Notes under the pieces: model-generated
Told to the model about the DNA's origin: nothing
The model's input: only the letters and a program-made list of their open reading frames with translations
Databases searched by the model: none
IMG/VR virus record: IMGVR_UViG_3300035228_001078
Strand: one strand, 5' to 3'
Length of the DNA: 64,000 nucleotides
Source: a virus
In this document: positions 28,378 through 36,048 of the stretch, piece after piece
How positions within the stretch are numbered: the first letter of the stretch is position 1
How the letters are laid out: the number at the start of each line of letters is the position of its first letter
Translations under genes and position numbers: made by a program

Positions 28378-28433
28378 ATTATAAGACATCTGATCTGTTT
28401 TGTGAAGCTCTAGTGGACGGTTGTTCCAGTGTC
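28378..28433 (-). promoter_or_regulatory. GTCCAC-N29-TATAAT promoter element
   Basis: Same architecture at 61209 and 63380. Confidence 0.6.
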
Positions 28434-28669
28434 TAATGTATCATCTCCTGGTCTTTCATATATTGTAGAGTTTCTTTGAGAGTGCCGCGATGCCTAAGTC
28501 CAATAGCAATCTGTGGATACTCTGCATTGCCACCAAACTCCATTTCAAATTGAGTTTTAGTAAAGTCTGCGTCGAGATAAAACTCTCTGATATCTTCGTG
28601 AACACTCTCTAGGAGCATCCTTGCTCTCTCACACTCTTGACTTCTGTTTGAATAGATAATCGCTTGCAT
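28433..28669 (-). CDS. Glutaredoxin-like protein (SxxC)
   Basis: IIYS..SQECERA, YPQI, Grx-like size. Confidence 0.65.
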   Translation of the reverse strand: MQAIIYSNRSQECERARMLLESVHEDIREFYLDADFTKTQFEMEFGGNAEYPQIAIGLRHRGTLKETLQYMKDQEMIH

Positions 28670-28670
28670 G

Positions 28671-28856
28671 TTAAGTGTTGCGTTTTTTTACACGGCGGTC
28701 AAACTTTTTCATTTGATATCCCTCACGAAGTGCATGAATTATAATACTATCGTAAGAGTGAGACCTAAGAGGAATATTGCGATGTAGCAGAAAGTCTTCG
28801 CAGTCATCTGCTAATACTTCCTTCTCTTCATGGCTTAATCTTTCAAGGTCAATCAT
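28671..28856 (-). CDS. Hypothetical protein
   Basis: Coupled ORF. Confidence 0.55.
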   Translation of the reverse strand: MIDLERLSHEEKEVLADDCEDFLLHRNIPLRSHSYDSIIIHALREGYQMKKFDRRVKKRNT

Positions 28857-29101
28857 CGTTCTTCAAAGTTTAGTTTACGAACCTTTCGTTTCCTTCGGTT
28901 CTCTTGATACTCTAAATCATTTTTTGTAAGAATGGTATTATCTTTAACATTCTTATTATAATTTGTCCATACTACTTTGGTTAAGTCAATAGCGGATACC
29001 TTATCACCATCAACGGTCATCATATTCGGACACCCACAGCATTGAATCTTGGTCGAGCTGGTCAATTCTTGATTGCATATTTTGCACCTGACAGATAACA
29101 T
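28853..29101 (-). CDS. Cys-rich (Zn-ribbon-like) hypothetical protein
   Basis: CKIC..CCGCPN; AAGGAG RBS. Confidence 0.65.
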   Translation of the reverse strand: MLSVRCKICNQELTSSTKIQCCGCPNMMTVDGDKVSAIDLTKVVWTNYNKNVKDNTILTKNDLEYQENRRKRKVRKLNFEER

Positions 29102-29158
29102 GTTTCAATAACTCCTTTACTTCTGATAACTCTTCTTTAATTTTTTGCTTTTTCATGA

Positions 29159-29230
29159 TGGGAGATACAAGGATCGAACTTGTGACAATCTCGGTGTAAA
29201 CGAGGTGCTCTACCGCTGAGCTAATCTCCC
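29159..29230 (-). tRNA. tRNA-Val(TAC)
   Basis: GGGAGAT/ATCTCCC acceptor, TT-TAC-AC loop, GTTCGA T-loop; no encoded CCA. Confidence 0.93.
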
Positions 29231-29847
29231 TTAAACATGAAGGTGTAGTTAACTCTCCGACTCATTAGACCATCTTTCATTGAAACATTGTTCGTTTCGT
29301 GAAAGTATTTAGAGTTGAATATTAACAACCGATTGCATGAGTAGGGGACTATTGTCTTCTTAGAATTTGTATAGTCTAAGAATTTTTTAATCAATTCTGG
29401 ATTAGAATTGTATTCTTGATAGGTCCATGAAAGAGGCGGTTTGATATCATAGATAATCAAACCGTTTTTCTCTTTGTCAATCACACAATCATTAGGAGTA
29501 ACCCACAAGTTAACATTGTAACGAGATGGGTCTGCATGGGGTGTGACTCCCTCTGCCTCATTATTATAAACGAAAGCCCATCCCCTGTCAAATTCTCCAA
29601 GGAAAGGAAATTTGTTTTGTAGTCCTAGAACCACATCTTTAATAAGAGGTAATGGAACATATGTACTATCGTAATTTATAGAGAAATAACCTTCTTCGTA
29701 TTCCTCATTACGGATGTCTGTCGTGAGAGCAAACTCTCTCAGTTCTTCAATTACTTCTGGAAGAAATAAATTATCCTCCACATAGTAACGGCAATCATCA
29801 ATACTCTTCTTTACTATATTTGATTGCATATGTAAACCTGTGATCAC
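29221..29847 (-). CDS. 2OG-Fe(II) oxygenase-like protein
   Basis: PHAD, FNS.YFHET, RR.N.TF. Confidence 0.7.
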   Translation of the reverse strand: MITGLHMQSNIVKKSIDDCRYYVEDNLFLPEVIEELREFALTTDIRNEEYEEGYFSINYDSTYVPLPLIKDVVLGLQNKFPFLGEFDRGWAFVYNNEAEGVTPHADPSRYNVNLWVTPNDCVIDKEKNGLIIYDIKPPLSWTYQEYNSNPELIKKFLDYTNSKKTIVPYSCNRLLIFNSKYFHETNNVSMKDGLMSRRVNYTFMFKGD

Positions 29848-30370
29848 TATTAAAAGGAGTAGCTCTATGCCAAATCCATCCAGTAAACTTTACGAGAGTA
29901 TTAGGGATTGGTGGTATGGCAATGATTTTTTCTTCTAGAAAAAATTCTGTTGCCCCGCCTTCATCTAATCCTTTGAAGACTGGATTGGCGTACAGTAGAA
30001 AGGTAACACAATCAATTGGTTCTTCACAATCTCGATGATAATTTGCTAACTCTCTAGGAGCAAAACAATTGATATACAATCTATCAAGTTTATACTCTTC
30101 CATTTCTGGAAATTTATCTAGGATTTTCCCATGAATAAGGTCAATGACATCCTGATCTTCTTCATCAGTATCGTCAGTCAGAAGATCATATGTCATACCT
30201 GTGGGTTTATGGGTATCCTCATCCTTTTCTCCGTACCTATATTGACACTCTTCAGCAAACTCTGAGAGGTCACTAAAATTATTTCTGGATAAAAATTTAT
30301 CTATCACACAAATACTTGGTCTAACACTAGTTTCGTAGTGATGCATTTTAACAAAGTTCCGAACAATCAT
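29798..30370 (-). CDS. 2OG-Fe(II) oxygenase
   Basis: YHRD, GGAT.F, WHRA, RFT. Confidence 0.8.
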   Translation of the reverse strand: MIVRNFVKMHHYETSVRPSICVIDKFLSRNNFSDLSEFAEECQYRYGEKDEDTHKPTGMTYDLLTDDTDEEDQDVIDLIHGKILDKFPEMEEYKLDRLYINCFAPRELANYHRDCEEPIDCVTFLLYANPVFKGLDEGGATEFFLEEKIIAIPPIPNTLVKFTGWIWHRATPFNSDHRFTYAIKYSKEEY

Positions 30371-30945
30371 AATTCATCGAGAGCTGAGTCAATATCTTGC
30401 ACTCTCCAAACCACAGTGTATCTATACACATAAGGATGGCGTGGTCCCAATCCTCTGTGACGAATGTTAGATGGAAACACTAACACTCTACCAGGAACAA
30501 ACTCATGCTCCTCAAGCACATTAAATTTCTCATCACACAATTGAAACTGACCACCCCACTCCTTAGTATCCCAGGTATGGTTAGCCATATACATCATGGT
30601 ATACTCGTCTGAATCATTTCCATCAATATGGTATGACCCATCACAGAAAGAATGTTGTAAATTATAATCAATTCTGTTCAAATAGTAGTACTGATCTGTT
30701 ACTTTTTGAATGTGCTCAAACATATCAAAAAATCTAGATGAATCTTTACTAAGAGTATCTACCCTATTGAAATTTGATCTAGAGAATATACATTCTCCAA
30801 ATAATCTATGTGTCCCATGAAGTGCATTGGGATAGTCAACACCGTTTGCAATATTGATAGCAGAGACTGGCATCTCAGCAAGCAGTTCTTCCGTCTCTAT
30901 TATATACTTTGGAGAAAATAAGTTATCGTGAATCTTAGCAATCAT
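30367..30945 (-). CDS. 2OG-Fe(II) oxygenase
   Basis: YHID, W..EWGG, FPSNIRHRG, YR. Confidence 0.8.
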   Translation of the reverse strand: MIAKIHDNLFSPKYIIETEELLAEMPVSAINIANGVDYPNALHGTHRLFGECIFSRSNFNRVDTLSKDSSRFFDMFEHIQKVTDQYYYLNRIDYNLQHSFCDGSYHIDGNDSDEYTMMYMANHTWDTKEWGGQFQLCDEKFNVLEEHEFVPGRVLVFPSNIRHRGLGPRHPYVYRYTVVWRVQDIDSALDEL

Positions 30946-31607
30946 ATCCTTGCCCAGTAAGACGGTAATGTGACAACATTTTCATACTCTTTATTAACCT
31001 CCTCACAAGATGTAATAAACAAATCATATACTATGGCAGCTCTAGGTTCGTCCCCCTCAAACTCACTAACAAAATGCATCATATTAGCAGGGAAAATAAT
31101 AAGGTCACCATCCTCAACCTCAACATCATAATTTAGATATCGTTCATGGACATTAATAGGTGCCATCTCAAACCCAGTGCTAGCGCAGAGTGTTAATACA
31201 CCACCCTCACCTTCTGTTCTTAGATAATAAATGGCACTGAAGTGAGACCCTTTATGTAGATGCTCAGGAACTCTGCCACTATGAGGACTAACTACGCTAG
31301 TCCATGCCTTCTGTACAAAGACGGCATACTCAAGTGTTTTACCATCATCAGCGTCTCTACAGATACTACGCAAGTATTCCTGCATAGCCTGAGATACTTG
31401 GTAGTTTAACCAGTAAAATTTTTCTGACCGATGCGCCATGAAAAACTTCTGGACATCTTGATCACCAGTCATGTTGCCATGATCATCGATCTCTTCTTGA
31501 TTTCTTTCCCAGAACTCTTCACAGAGATCCATCATCCCTTCCCACTCCTTGTCAGGACAAGGAACATTTGTTTGATATATCGCTGTAGGAAATAGTTCTT
31601 TAATCAT
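30942..31607 (-). CDS. 2OG-Fe(II) oxygenase (TIGR02466-like)
   Basis: LFPT start, HLH..SAIYYL, FPANMMHFV, R. Confidence 0.8.
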   Translation of the reverse strand: MIKELFPTAIYQTNVPCPDKEWEGMMDLCEEFWERNQEEIDDHGNMTGDQDVQKFFMAHRSEKFYWLNYQVSQAMQEYLRSICRDADDGKTLEYAVFVQKAWTSVVSPHSGRVPEHLHKGSHFSAIYYLRTEGEGGVLTLCASTGFEMAPINVHERYLNYDVEVEDGDLIIFPANMMHFVSEFEGDEPRAAIVYDLFITSCEEVNKEYENVVTLPSYWARI

Positions 31608-31608
31608 A

Positions 31609-31680
31609 AGCCTCTGACAAGATTTGAACTTGCGACCTGAGCTTTACAAAAGCCCTGCTCTACCACTGAGCTACGGAGGC
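31609..31680 (-). tRNA. tRNA-Thr(TGT)
   Basis: GCCTC/GAGGC acceptor, GGGCT-TTTGTAA-AGCTC arm, GTTCAA. Confidence 0.93.
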
Positions 31681-31682
31681 AA

Positions 31683-31756
31683 CGATTCAGGCTGGACTCG
31701 AACCAGCGACCAACGCTTTAGAAGAGCGATGCTCTATTCCACTGAGCTACTGAACC
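31683..31756 (-). tRNA. tRNA-Arg(TCT)
   Basis: GGTTCAG/CTGAATC acceptor, CT-TCT-AA loop, GTTCGA. Confidence 0.93.
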
Positions 31757-31764
31757 ATATGACC

Positions 31765-31793
31765 ATTATATCAGGCGGTCTCTTCCTCGTCAA
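31765..31793 (-). promoter_or_regulatory. sigma70 promoter for the tRNA/oxygenase operon
   Basis: TTGACG-N17-TATAAT, 8 nt upstream of tRNA-Arg. Confidence 0.8.
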
Positions 31794-32352
31794 CTGGCGT
31801 AAACCATATCTGTAGACTATATCTAAAGTCATCAGCAAATGGAGATACTGTGGTTACCATATGATCTTCGTTCTCTGTATTAAGAACCATCATATTATAT
31901 GTGGGGTTAAGTGCTCTCAACTTTTCTCCATCATTCCATATAAAGATACCTCCCCAATTGATATCCCACTCTCGGTTTAAGTATATAGTACAACCATTCT
32001 TGCCGTTATCGTCATGCATAGATATGCCAGAATTTTTATGCCAGACATAAAGTTGAACATCAGCTTCTTGATATGGGAGAACATGATGTTCCAAACATTC
32101 TAACACAGATTGTTTTAAATCGCCCTCCAGGTCAGTCATGGTAACAACTCCAGTGTCACCAACCTTTAGAGAGTCATCCCAAAATAACTCACTAACAGCC
32201 CAAACATTTTTTTCTAAAGAATCCTCAAGAAAATTTTCACAGTTATGTAAAACTTCTTCAGTCAGTACTCCATGTCTTATAATCATAATAATCTTTTTTA
32301 TAATAACGACCCAAGATATTACTGTTGTAATACTTGGGGTCACCGTTTTCAA
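31771..32352 (-). CDS. 2OG-Fe(II) oxygenase (prolyl-hydroxylase-like); true start probably MIIRHG
   Basis: MHDD, TIYLN..W..NWGG, HMV, R.SLQ. Confidence 0.8.
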   Translation of the reverse strand: MKTVTPSITTVISWVVIIKKIIMIIRHGVLTEEVLHNCENFLEDSLEKNVWAVSELFWDDSLKVGDTGVVTMTDLEGDLKQSVLECLEHHVLPYQEADVQLYVWHKNSGISMHDDNGKNGCTIYLNREWDINWGGIFIWNDGEKLRALNPTYNMMVLNTENEDHMVTTVSPFADDFRYSLQIWFTPVDEEETA

Positions 32353-32704
32353 GAGATTCTGTTAGGACAGAATGGACAAATAATTGTTTGGTTTCCTCGT
32401 AGTTAACTTTACCCTTTGTCAATTGTAGCGAAAGTATTTCTCGTCTGAAGGAACTATTTCCAATTGTACGGCGTTCTCCATTAAGTTCATCAGAGCTTCC
32501 GTAATATTTTTTCCAGTCGCTCTCACTTCTAACCCTCCTACCTCCACCTCTAGGCTTTCGTAGTTGGTGAAAGTATTTCCTACCGATGTATTGTCTACCG
32601 GATTCGAGATTTGTAATCCGATAGACAAAACCGATAAAGTCACCAATGTTCTCAGATAAAAAAGGTTGTCCTTCAAAAATCCAGGGGTTTTCATAATCAA
32701 CCAT
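32258..32704 (-). CDS. GIY-YIG family endonuclease
   Basis: GFVYRITN..YIGRK..Y.GSS..E..YN. Confidence 0.8.
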   Translation of the reverse strand: MVDYENPWIFEGQPFLSENIGDFIGFVYRITNLESGRQYIGRKYFHQLRKPRGGGRRVRSESDWKKYYGSSDELNGERRTIGNSSFRREILSLQLTKGKVNYEETKQLFVHSVLTESLENGDPKYYNSNILGRYYKKDYYDYKTWSTD

Positions 32705-32739
32705 GATGTATTTAAACTACATTATATAGTTGTGGAAGA

Positions 32740-34743
32740 TCAGACTCCTTTAACTAACATAGCAGCACGCTTGTCACCAAACTTTTTCATTCTTTTTTGT
32801 CTGTCAGACAGTCCATCATTGCTGTAATCGCGGTATGTATTACCGTGACCATCAGTAGCAGTTGCTTTTTGTTCTACAACAGATGGATCATTCATAAAAT
32901 CATCAATGATCTCAACGATCTGAGCACCAGTGAGTTGCATCATGATCTCTTCTGCTTCCTCTACACTCTCCATGAGATTGTTTTCATCAAGGAATGTAAG
33001 GATGATGTCATAGATGTTGTAATCATCTCTAGTAAACTGAGGATGACCATCTAACTTCATACCTCTCTTCTTCTCAAGAGCTGCTTTCTTTTTCTTAGAC
33101 TCTTCACCAGTACCATCAGAGTATCTATTGTCATGCTCTGCTTTCTTCTTCTTAGCCTTCTCCTTGATACGCTCCTTAGCAGCAGCAGCTTCCTTATCAG
33201 AGATGCGATATCCATCACGATCAGTCTTTAACTTCTCGTCAGGCTTATCATATCCTTCTACATTCAGAGTCTTAGGATAGTCCTTGTCACCTTTCTTAGC
33301 AGGTGACTCACCACGCTTACGCTTGGCATGAATGTTATCCCAGAGACCTTTCTTCTCTTCGATGGTCTCACCTTCCTTCACACAGTTAGGTACATCCTTA
33401 CCGCCTTTCTTCTTAGTTCCTTTTGCCTTGTATCCATCCCAGCAGGTGCTAGCACCAACATTCTTCCGTGCCTGCCCTAGACCTTCAACCATTTCACCTT
33501 CTGGTTCAAATGATTGATTCATCTGCTTGATCATGGCATCCATCTTCATCTTTCTATCACCAAGTTTACCAGCAAGTCCCTGATTGCCAGTAGGTCCCTT
33601 AACTTGTTTCTTAGCAAGTGGGTTTTTGATATCTAGATTAGGATGACCAATGTATCCATCTCCAGGTTTGCCACCAACAAACTCATTCATCTTAATTTTT
33701 TCTTGTTGCTTAGCCTTCGTTACAGTTGGTTTTGGGGTACGATTGATTTTTATACCCAGTTTTTCCAAACTACCTTGGGCTTTTTTAGTTGCGTCGTCAA
33801 CCATGCCTGCCAAACCTTCAGTCATTTCACCTTCTGGTTCATGAGAGTTCTTCAGTGAAGAGATCTCTTTACTACCAGATGCTCCAGACTTTACCTTAGA
33901 AGCAAGACTAGGGAAGTTCTTTGCCCACTGTTGCATTGGTGTAGCACCATTGCTCGCACCAGTACGAGTCGAGGCAGAACCGTCTTTGTTCGTTTTTGGT
34001 GCAGATACTGATGAGCGTTCTTTGGTGGGGGTAGTCTTGGATTGATTAGCCTTCTGCTTTGCTGCCTGTTGCTTGGCATCATTTGCTGCAGGCGACCTCT
34101 CATCAGTAACCTTAGAAGCTACTGTTGCTGAAGAAGGAGTAGCGGGTTTTGTATCTGACTTAGTAGAAGTATCGATAGGAGCAGCACTCTTAGTTTTCAG
34201 TGATGGTGGAACACCTTTACCACCTTGGTCACGATATTTTTGTGCTTTCGCAATTTCTGGAGAAACAGAATTACCCTGTGGGTTTCCTGAGAAGAAATTG
34301 CCTGCAGCTCTCTTCGCATCACGAAGTTTCTGCATCAAATTAAATTCCGCAATGATAGCTCTTGCCTGCCGCTTCTCTGCAGTGTCAAGATTCTCATAGA
34401 TTCTAGGGTTGACTGCATGTAATGCAGCGCGGAACTCCTCACCAATGACATCTTTGGGAAGTGCTTCAATCAGGTTGTCAATCAACCTAGAACTTTGATA
34501 TCCCTCTTCAATAAGAATTTCCGCAAGGGAGAGATAGTTCTCTGCCATTGCGGGATCCATTGCTTTCAGTCTCTTAAGATAGAAAGACTCACAAGTACAC
34601 TTGTCTACTTTCTTCTTATCAACTTTTTTTCCTTTCGGTTTGTCGTCACTCTTATTCCAGTCCATTGCCGACTTCTCATGCTTGCCACCTTCAGCGATGG
34701 TTGCATAAGATTCGCTTAATTTCTTCAGTTGAGAAGCGTCCAT
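32740..34743 (-). CDS. Large charged low-complexity late protein (candidate internal head protein)
   Basis: GATAAATA at 34771-78; repeated EPEGEMxE; K/E-rich modules. Confidence 0.65.
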   Translation of the reverse strand: MDASQLKKLSESYATIAEGGKHEKSAMDWNKSDDKPKGKKVDKKKVDKCTCESFYLKRLKAMDPAMAENYLSLAEILIEEGYQSSRLIDNLIEALPKDVIGEEFRAALHAVNPRIYENLDTAEKRQARAIIAEFNLMQKLRDAKRAAGNFFSGNPQGNSVSPEIAKAQKYRDQGGKGVPPSLKTKSAAPIDTSTKSDTKPATPSSATVASKVTDERSPAANDAKQQAAKQKANQSKTTPTKERSSVSAPKTNKDGSASTRTGASNGATPMQQWAKNFPSLASKVKSGASGSKEISSLKNSHEPEGEMTEGLAGMVDDATKKAQGSLEKLGIKINRTPKPTVTKAKQQEKIKMNEFVGGKPGDGYIGHPNLDIKNPLAKKQVKGPTGNQGLAGKLGDRKMKMDAMIKQMNQSFEPEGEMVEGLGQARKNVGASTCWDGYKAKGTKKKGGKDVPNCVKEGETIEEKKGLWDNIHAKRKRGESPAKKGDKDYPKTLNVEGYDKPDEKLKTDRDGYRISDKEAAAAKERIKEKAKKKKAEHDNRYSDGTGEESKKKKAALEKKRGMKLDGHPQFTRDDYNIYDIILTFLDENNLMESVEEAEEIMMQLTGAQIVEIIDDFMNDPSVVEQKATATDGHGNTYRDYSNDGLSDRQKRMKKFGDKRAAMLVKGV
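33490..33840. repeat. 18-bp direct repeat CATTTCACCTTCTGGTTC (EPEGEM)
   Basis: Identical copies at 33490-33507 and 33823-33840. Confidence 0.8.
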
Positions 34744-34860
34744 GTCTACAATTAAACAGTCTCGTTTGACTATTTATCGTACTTCTTCTTTAGCACTCCA
34801 TATATCCATGCTTGAGAAAGGGAGGTGGGACCTCCCTGTTCTTTTATCTGAAGATACTTA

Positions 34861-36048
34861 TTATAGGCTGAATCCCGCAAACGAGTTTGCTTTGACATCT
34901 TGTTTGATTCCTCCGACAACATAAGACTCTACCTCCGTTTCTTGTGGTGCTACTTGCAGACCCTTGGATGAAATCCAATGCTCAGTCCATGGTAGTGGAT
35001 TATTTCTTGCAGCAATGTCATAAATCGGATCAAGACCGATTGCTTTCATGCGACGATTAGCAACCCATTCAACATATTGTGATAGAAGCTTTTCATTGAG
35101 ACCAATCATAGATCCGTCTTTGAACAGATACTCTGCCCATTGCTTCTCCTGATTAACAGCTGCTTGGAAAGTCTGGATCAACCAGTCTTTTTGTTCTTTA
35201 ACAATCTCGACCATCTCTGGGTCATCGCCTTTCTTCCAGTTGTTGAGGATGTTTTGAGTAATTGCAAGATGCTGATTTTCGTCTCTTGCGATGAGAGAGA
35301 TGATTTTAGCGGATCCTTCCATAAGCTTGAGTTCACCAAACGCAAACGAGCAAGCGAACGAGACATAAAACCTGATGCCTTCGAGAATATTGACATTGGC
35401 TACAGCACGATACAGTTTTGTCTTTAGTTCTTTCTTCGCAAATCTCTGTGCATCAGAGTTATTCCAATTGGCATCCCACATGCTACCACCATCCCACTCA
35501 TGAGCGATGTTGATAAACTCATCATACGCTTGAGTAATAGAAGCAGCTCTCTCAAGGATCCTCTCATCATGAATGATGGTATCAAAGATCTCAGAAGGAT
35601 CACTATAGACATTTTTAATGATATATGTGTATGAACGACTATGGATCATCTCCATAAACTGCCACACATTCATACAAGCTTCCAACTCAGGAAGCGAACA
35701 GTATGGCGAGAATGCCATACCAGGACCTCTACCTTGAATAGAATCAAGCATTACCTGATACTTCAGGTTGCTAGTGAAGATATGTCTTTGCTCAGGTCTT
35801 AGATCATGATAATCGGATCTATCTTTCTGCAGAGAAATCTCTTCAGGTCTCCAGAAATAACCCAACTGCTGCTGAGTCATCTTCTCAAAGAAAGGATACT
35901 TATAAGAATCGTATCTCTGAACTCCTAGAGGAGCACCAAAAAACATTGGTTGCTTTTTCGTGTCCACATCGGTCGTATTAAAGACCGTCATACCCTCAAC
36001 TTTAGTTTTAGGCATGTCTGCGTTTGTTCTAAATTGCACAGGCGTCAC
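34861..36048 (-). CDS. nrdB: Ribonucleotide reductase class Ia beta subunit
   Basis: FWRPEE, E..HSRSY, EGIRFYVSF, DENQH, APQETE..SY. Confidence 0.97.
   Translation of the reverse strand: MTPVQFRTNADMPKTKVEGMTVFNTTDVDTKKQPMFFGAPLGVQRYDSYKYPFFEKMTQQQLGYFWRPEEISLQKDRSDYHDLRPEQRHIFTSNLKYQVMLDSIQGRGPGMAFSPYCSLPELEACMNVWQFMEMIHSRSYTYIIKNVYSDPSEIFDTIIHDERILERAASITQAYDEFINIAHEWDGGSMWDANWNNSDAQRFAKKELKTKLYRAVANVNILEGIRFYVSFACSFAFGELKLMEGSAKIISLIARDENQHLAITQNILNNWKKGDDPEMVEIVKEQKDWLIQTFQAAVNQEKQWAEYLFKDGSMIGLNEKLLSQYVEWVANRRMKAIGLDPIYDIAARNNPLPWTEHWISSKGLQVAPQETEVESYVVGGIKQDVKANSFAGFSL

Noticed and set aside
31624-31815. 63-aa plus-strand ORF
   Set aside because: Antisense of tRNA-Thr and tRNA-Arg
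32258-32704. GIY-YIG gene as an active mobile homing element
   Set aside because: Catalytic domain only, with no DNA-binding tail or evidence of insertion
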